Source: Candidatus Helarchaeota ASGARD archaeon Hel_GB_B
GTDB lineage: Archaea > Asgardarchaeota > Lokiarchaeia > Helarchaeales > HEL-GB-B
Assembly (NCBI GenBank): GCA_005191425.1
Contig: SUPR01000129.1
Span: forward strand, 1 to 7,953
Direction: 5' to 3'
Length of the DNA stretch: 7,953 bases
Shown here: positions 6,206 to 7,953 of the stretch, one piece after another
Layout: every line of letters starts with the position of its first letter
How positions within the stretch are numbered: position 1 is the stretch's first letter
The notes under the pieces: generated by a model
Told to the model about the DNA's origin: nothing
The model's input: the letters and a program-made list of their open reading frames with translations, nothing else
Database searches by the model: none
Position numbers and translations under genes: made by a program

Positions 6206-7573
6206 CTAATCATTTTTCATAATAATAATTCGATCAAACTTTTTTTTCTTTGACCTACTTGCTACTTTATTTAATGGAATTTCATCTTTAATAATATCAA
6301 GAGTTTCGAAACCTATATCTTTATAAATCTCTCCCACGCGCTCAGCTGTATTAATAAATGATTTAGTTCTAATTACATCTCCTAAAATAAAAATAATATA
6401 TCCTTCTGGAATTAAGACTCTTTTTAATTGTATTCCTACTTTTTTCATTTCGTCAAGATATGTTTGACTATTTTGAATTAATTTTTCTTTTAATAAATCT
6501 TGATTTTCTCTATTTAACCCCAAAAAGAATAAACGCACTCTATTTTGACTTGTATAATCTAAAGTATTATAATATGGCGGAGAACTTATTATAACATCTA
6601 TTGAATCTTTTTTAAGACTCTTTAGTTCTCTTGCATCTTCATTTAGGATTATACCCTTTGTTTTTAAAGGAATTTTATTTGAAAACATTCTCATTACTTT
6701 AGCAGCCATTCGAGGGATGGTTGCTCTATATTCTGGAATATCTTTATCTGGTCTAAATTTAGGGTGTGTTTTAGGACGAGGTTTCATTGGGATAATACAA
6801 CCTGTATAAACAGATAAATAACCCGGGCGATTACCATGTAAAATTCCCATTAAACATGCATGTAAAAAATATTGTTTTTCATCATTTAGTTTTTCATTTA
6901 AATAAAGTATTTCCTTTAAAGTCTTTTCATGAAAATATGCTTTAATCCAATCTGGAATATTATCAATAGATTTATTATTAGAAACTACATCATCGGAAAT
7001 ATTTTTTAAGTAATCTAAATGATCATTTAGAGGGCGTCTATCAAATTTTCCCATAGAAATCAAATATGCGTATGGGTTTAAATCACTTCCAATGCCTTTT
7101 CGGTTTAATAAATCAGCTTCTAAAGGGACAGTTCCTGACCCACAAAATGGATCTAAAATAGTCATATCCGGACTGGAAAATGCCCTTATAAGCCAATGAA
7201 CAAAAGATGGGGTCAACCGTCCTTGATATGGAGAAAGACTATGTAACCAATGCCCCCAATGCTGCTTATCATATGGTTCTTTTCTCCATCTTAACTCTTT
7301 AGTGATAGAAATTGCTTTTTTTATGTCAAATGATTCTCTTGAAGGAAAAAATTCTTTAAATTTTTTCAAACTGAACTTTTTTTGAAATTCTATCTTAAAA
7401 TTTTTTGTTAAATTATTTGAATATAAATTTTGCCAAATTTTTATGTATCGAGGGTATTTTTCATTATCCCATATTTCTTCTCTTTTTTTAATTCCAAAAA
7501 ATGACAAAATGTTTGTTTGAGAGGTTCTCACTTTTTTCAAACCATTATAATTTTTGGTTATATTTTTCTCCAA
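6206..7573 (-). CDS. Site-specific amino-DNA methyltransferase, alpha class (motif order X-I-II-III-TRD-IV), probably N4-cytosine; N-terminal extension with PIP-box; TTG start
   Basis: Motif X HSLSPYQGRLTP, SAM-binding motif I ILDPFCGSGTVPLEA and motif II GIGSDLNP precede the variable region. Motif IV DVIISSPPYYN, VI LKRVLIPEGYIIFILGD and VIII-like GFETLDII follow it. SPPY is typical of m4C enzymes, but m6A is not excluded. There is no in-frame ATG before motif X and TAA immediately precedes the TTG. Confidence 0.9.
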   Translation of the reverse strand: MEKNITKNYNGLKKVRTSQTNILSFFGIKKREEIWDNEKYPRYIKIWQNLYSNNLTKNFKIEFQKKFSLKKFKEFFPSRESFDIKKAISITKELRWRKEPYDKQHWGHWLHSLSPYQGRLTPSFVHWLIRAFSSPDMTILDPFCGSGTVPLEADLLNRKGIGSDLNPYAYLISMGKFDRRPLNDHLDYLKNISDDVVSNNKSIDNIPDWIKAYFHEKTLKEILYLNEKLNDEKQYFLHACLMGILHGNRPGYLSVYTGCIIPMKPRPKTHPKFRPDKDIPEYRATIPRMAAKVMRMFSNKIPLKTKGIILNEDARELKSLKKDSIDVIISSPPYYNTLDYTSQNRVRLFFLGLNRENQDLLKEKLIQNSQTYLDEMKKVGIQLKRVLIPEGYIIFILGDVIRTKSFINTAERVGEIYKDIGFETLDIIKDEIPLNKVASRSKKKKFDRIIIMKND

Positions 7574-7953
7574 TTAGATTTTCAAATTGATTTTTGAGAT
7601 TAATGTAATTAAATTAAAATAATTAAATTCTAATTTTCAAAAAATTATATTAAAAGTTATCTTGATATTTTTTAAAATCTATTTTAATTAATTATGTTTT
7701 CTCTCCAACCATATATATATTATACTATTTCTGTTTGATCAAATTTTTTACTAAATTTTTCATTGTTTAAATAATGAATTTTTGAATAATTTAATAAATA
7801 TGGAATTATTTTCCATTAACAAAAAATATTGGATTGAATTTATAATCTAAAAAGTGATTAAAATATGTCCTATTACTTTATATTCTTTTTTTTTCAAAAA
7901 TTTAAATTTGTGATAAAAAAAGATTTCTATTGGAAATGAATTTTTCCTAAAAA

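Noticed and set aside
4838-7573. Lower GC of the R-M genes as proof of horizontal transfer
   Set aside because: They look more AT-rich than the kinase and SDR, but the TPR-CHAT gene is similarly AT-rich and the genome background is unknown.
4679-7953. Mobile-element boundaries or target-site duplication around the R-M pair (e.g. AATTAGAT near 4822 and 7572)
   Set aside because: Only short AT-rich matches expected by chance, and no transposase, integrase or tRNA att site.
1-7953. Inferring the R-M recognition site from motif avoidance
   Set aside because: CCWGG, CCGG, CCCGGG, GGCC, GCGC, CGCG and GATC all occur in the window, and 8 kb of low-GC DNA is too little to test avoidance.
7574-7953. 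CRISPR array or leader
   Set aside because: AT-rich like a leader, but no regularly spaced direct repeats and no cas genes are present.

Overview
Very AT-rich prokaryotic window with five complete genes and the probable 3' end of a sixth. An archaeal, possibly Asgard/Lokiarchaeia-like, origin is an inference from low GC, GGTGA/GGTGG ribosome-binding sites, the TPR-CHAT protein and a PCNA-type clamp motif. It cannot be proven from this window. Left to right: a short C-terminal CDS fragment (+); a TPR/coiled-coil/CHAT protein (-) whose catalytic His and Cys both appear substituted and whose start probably lies upstream of the first ATG; a divergent two-gene operon (+) of an FGGY-family xylulokinase-like kinase and a FabG-like SDR; and a convergent pair of a PD-(D/E)xK nuclease (+) and an alpha-class amino-DNA methyltransferase with an SPPY motif (-), most simply a Type II restriction-modification system. 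The most striking observation is a canonical PIP-box (QTNILSFF) in the N-terminal extension of the methyltransferase, suggesting a sliding-clamp-tethered, replication-coupled methyltransferase. I saw no rRNA, tRNA, CRISPR array, transposase or integrase.
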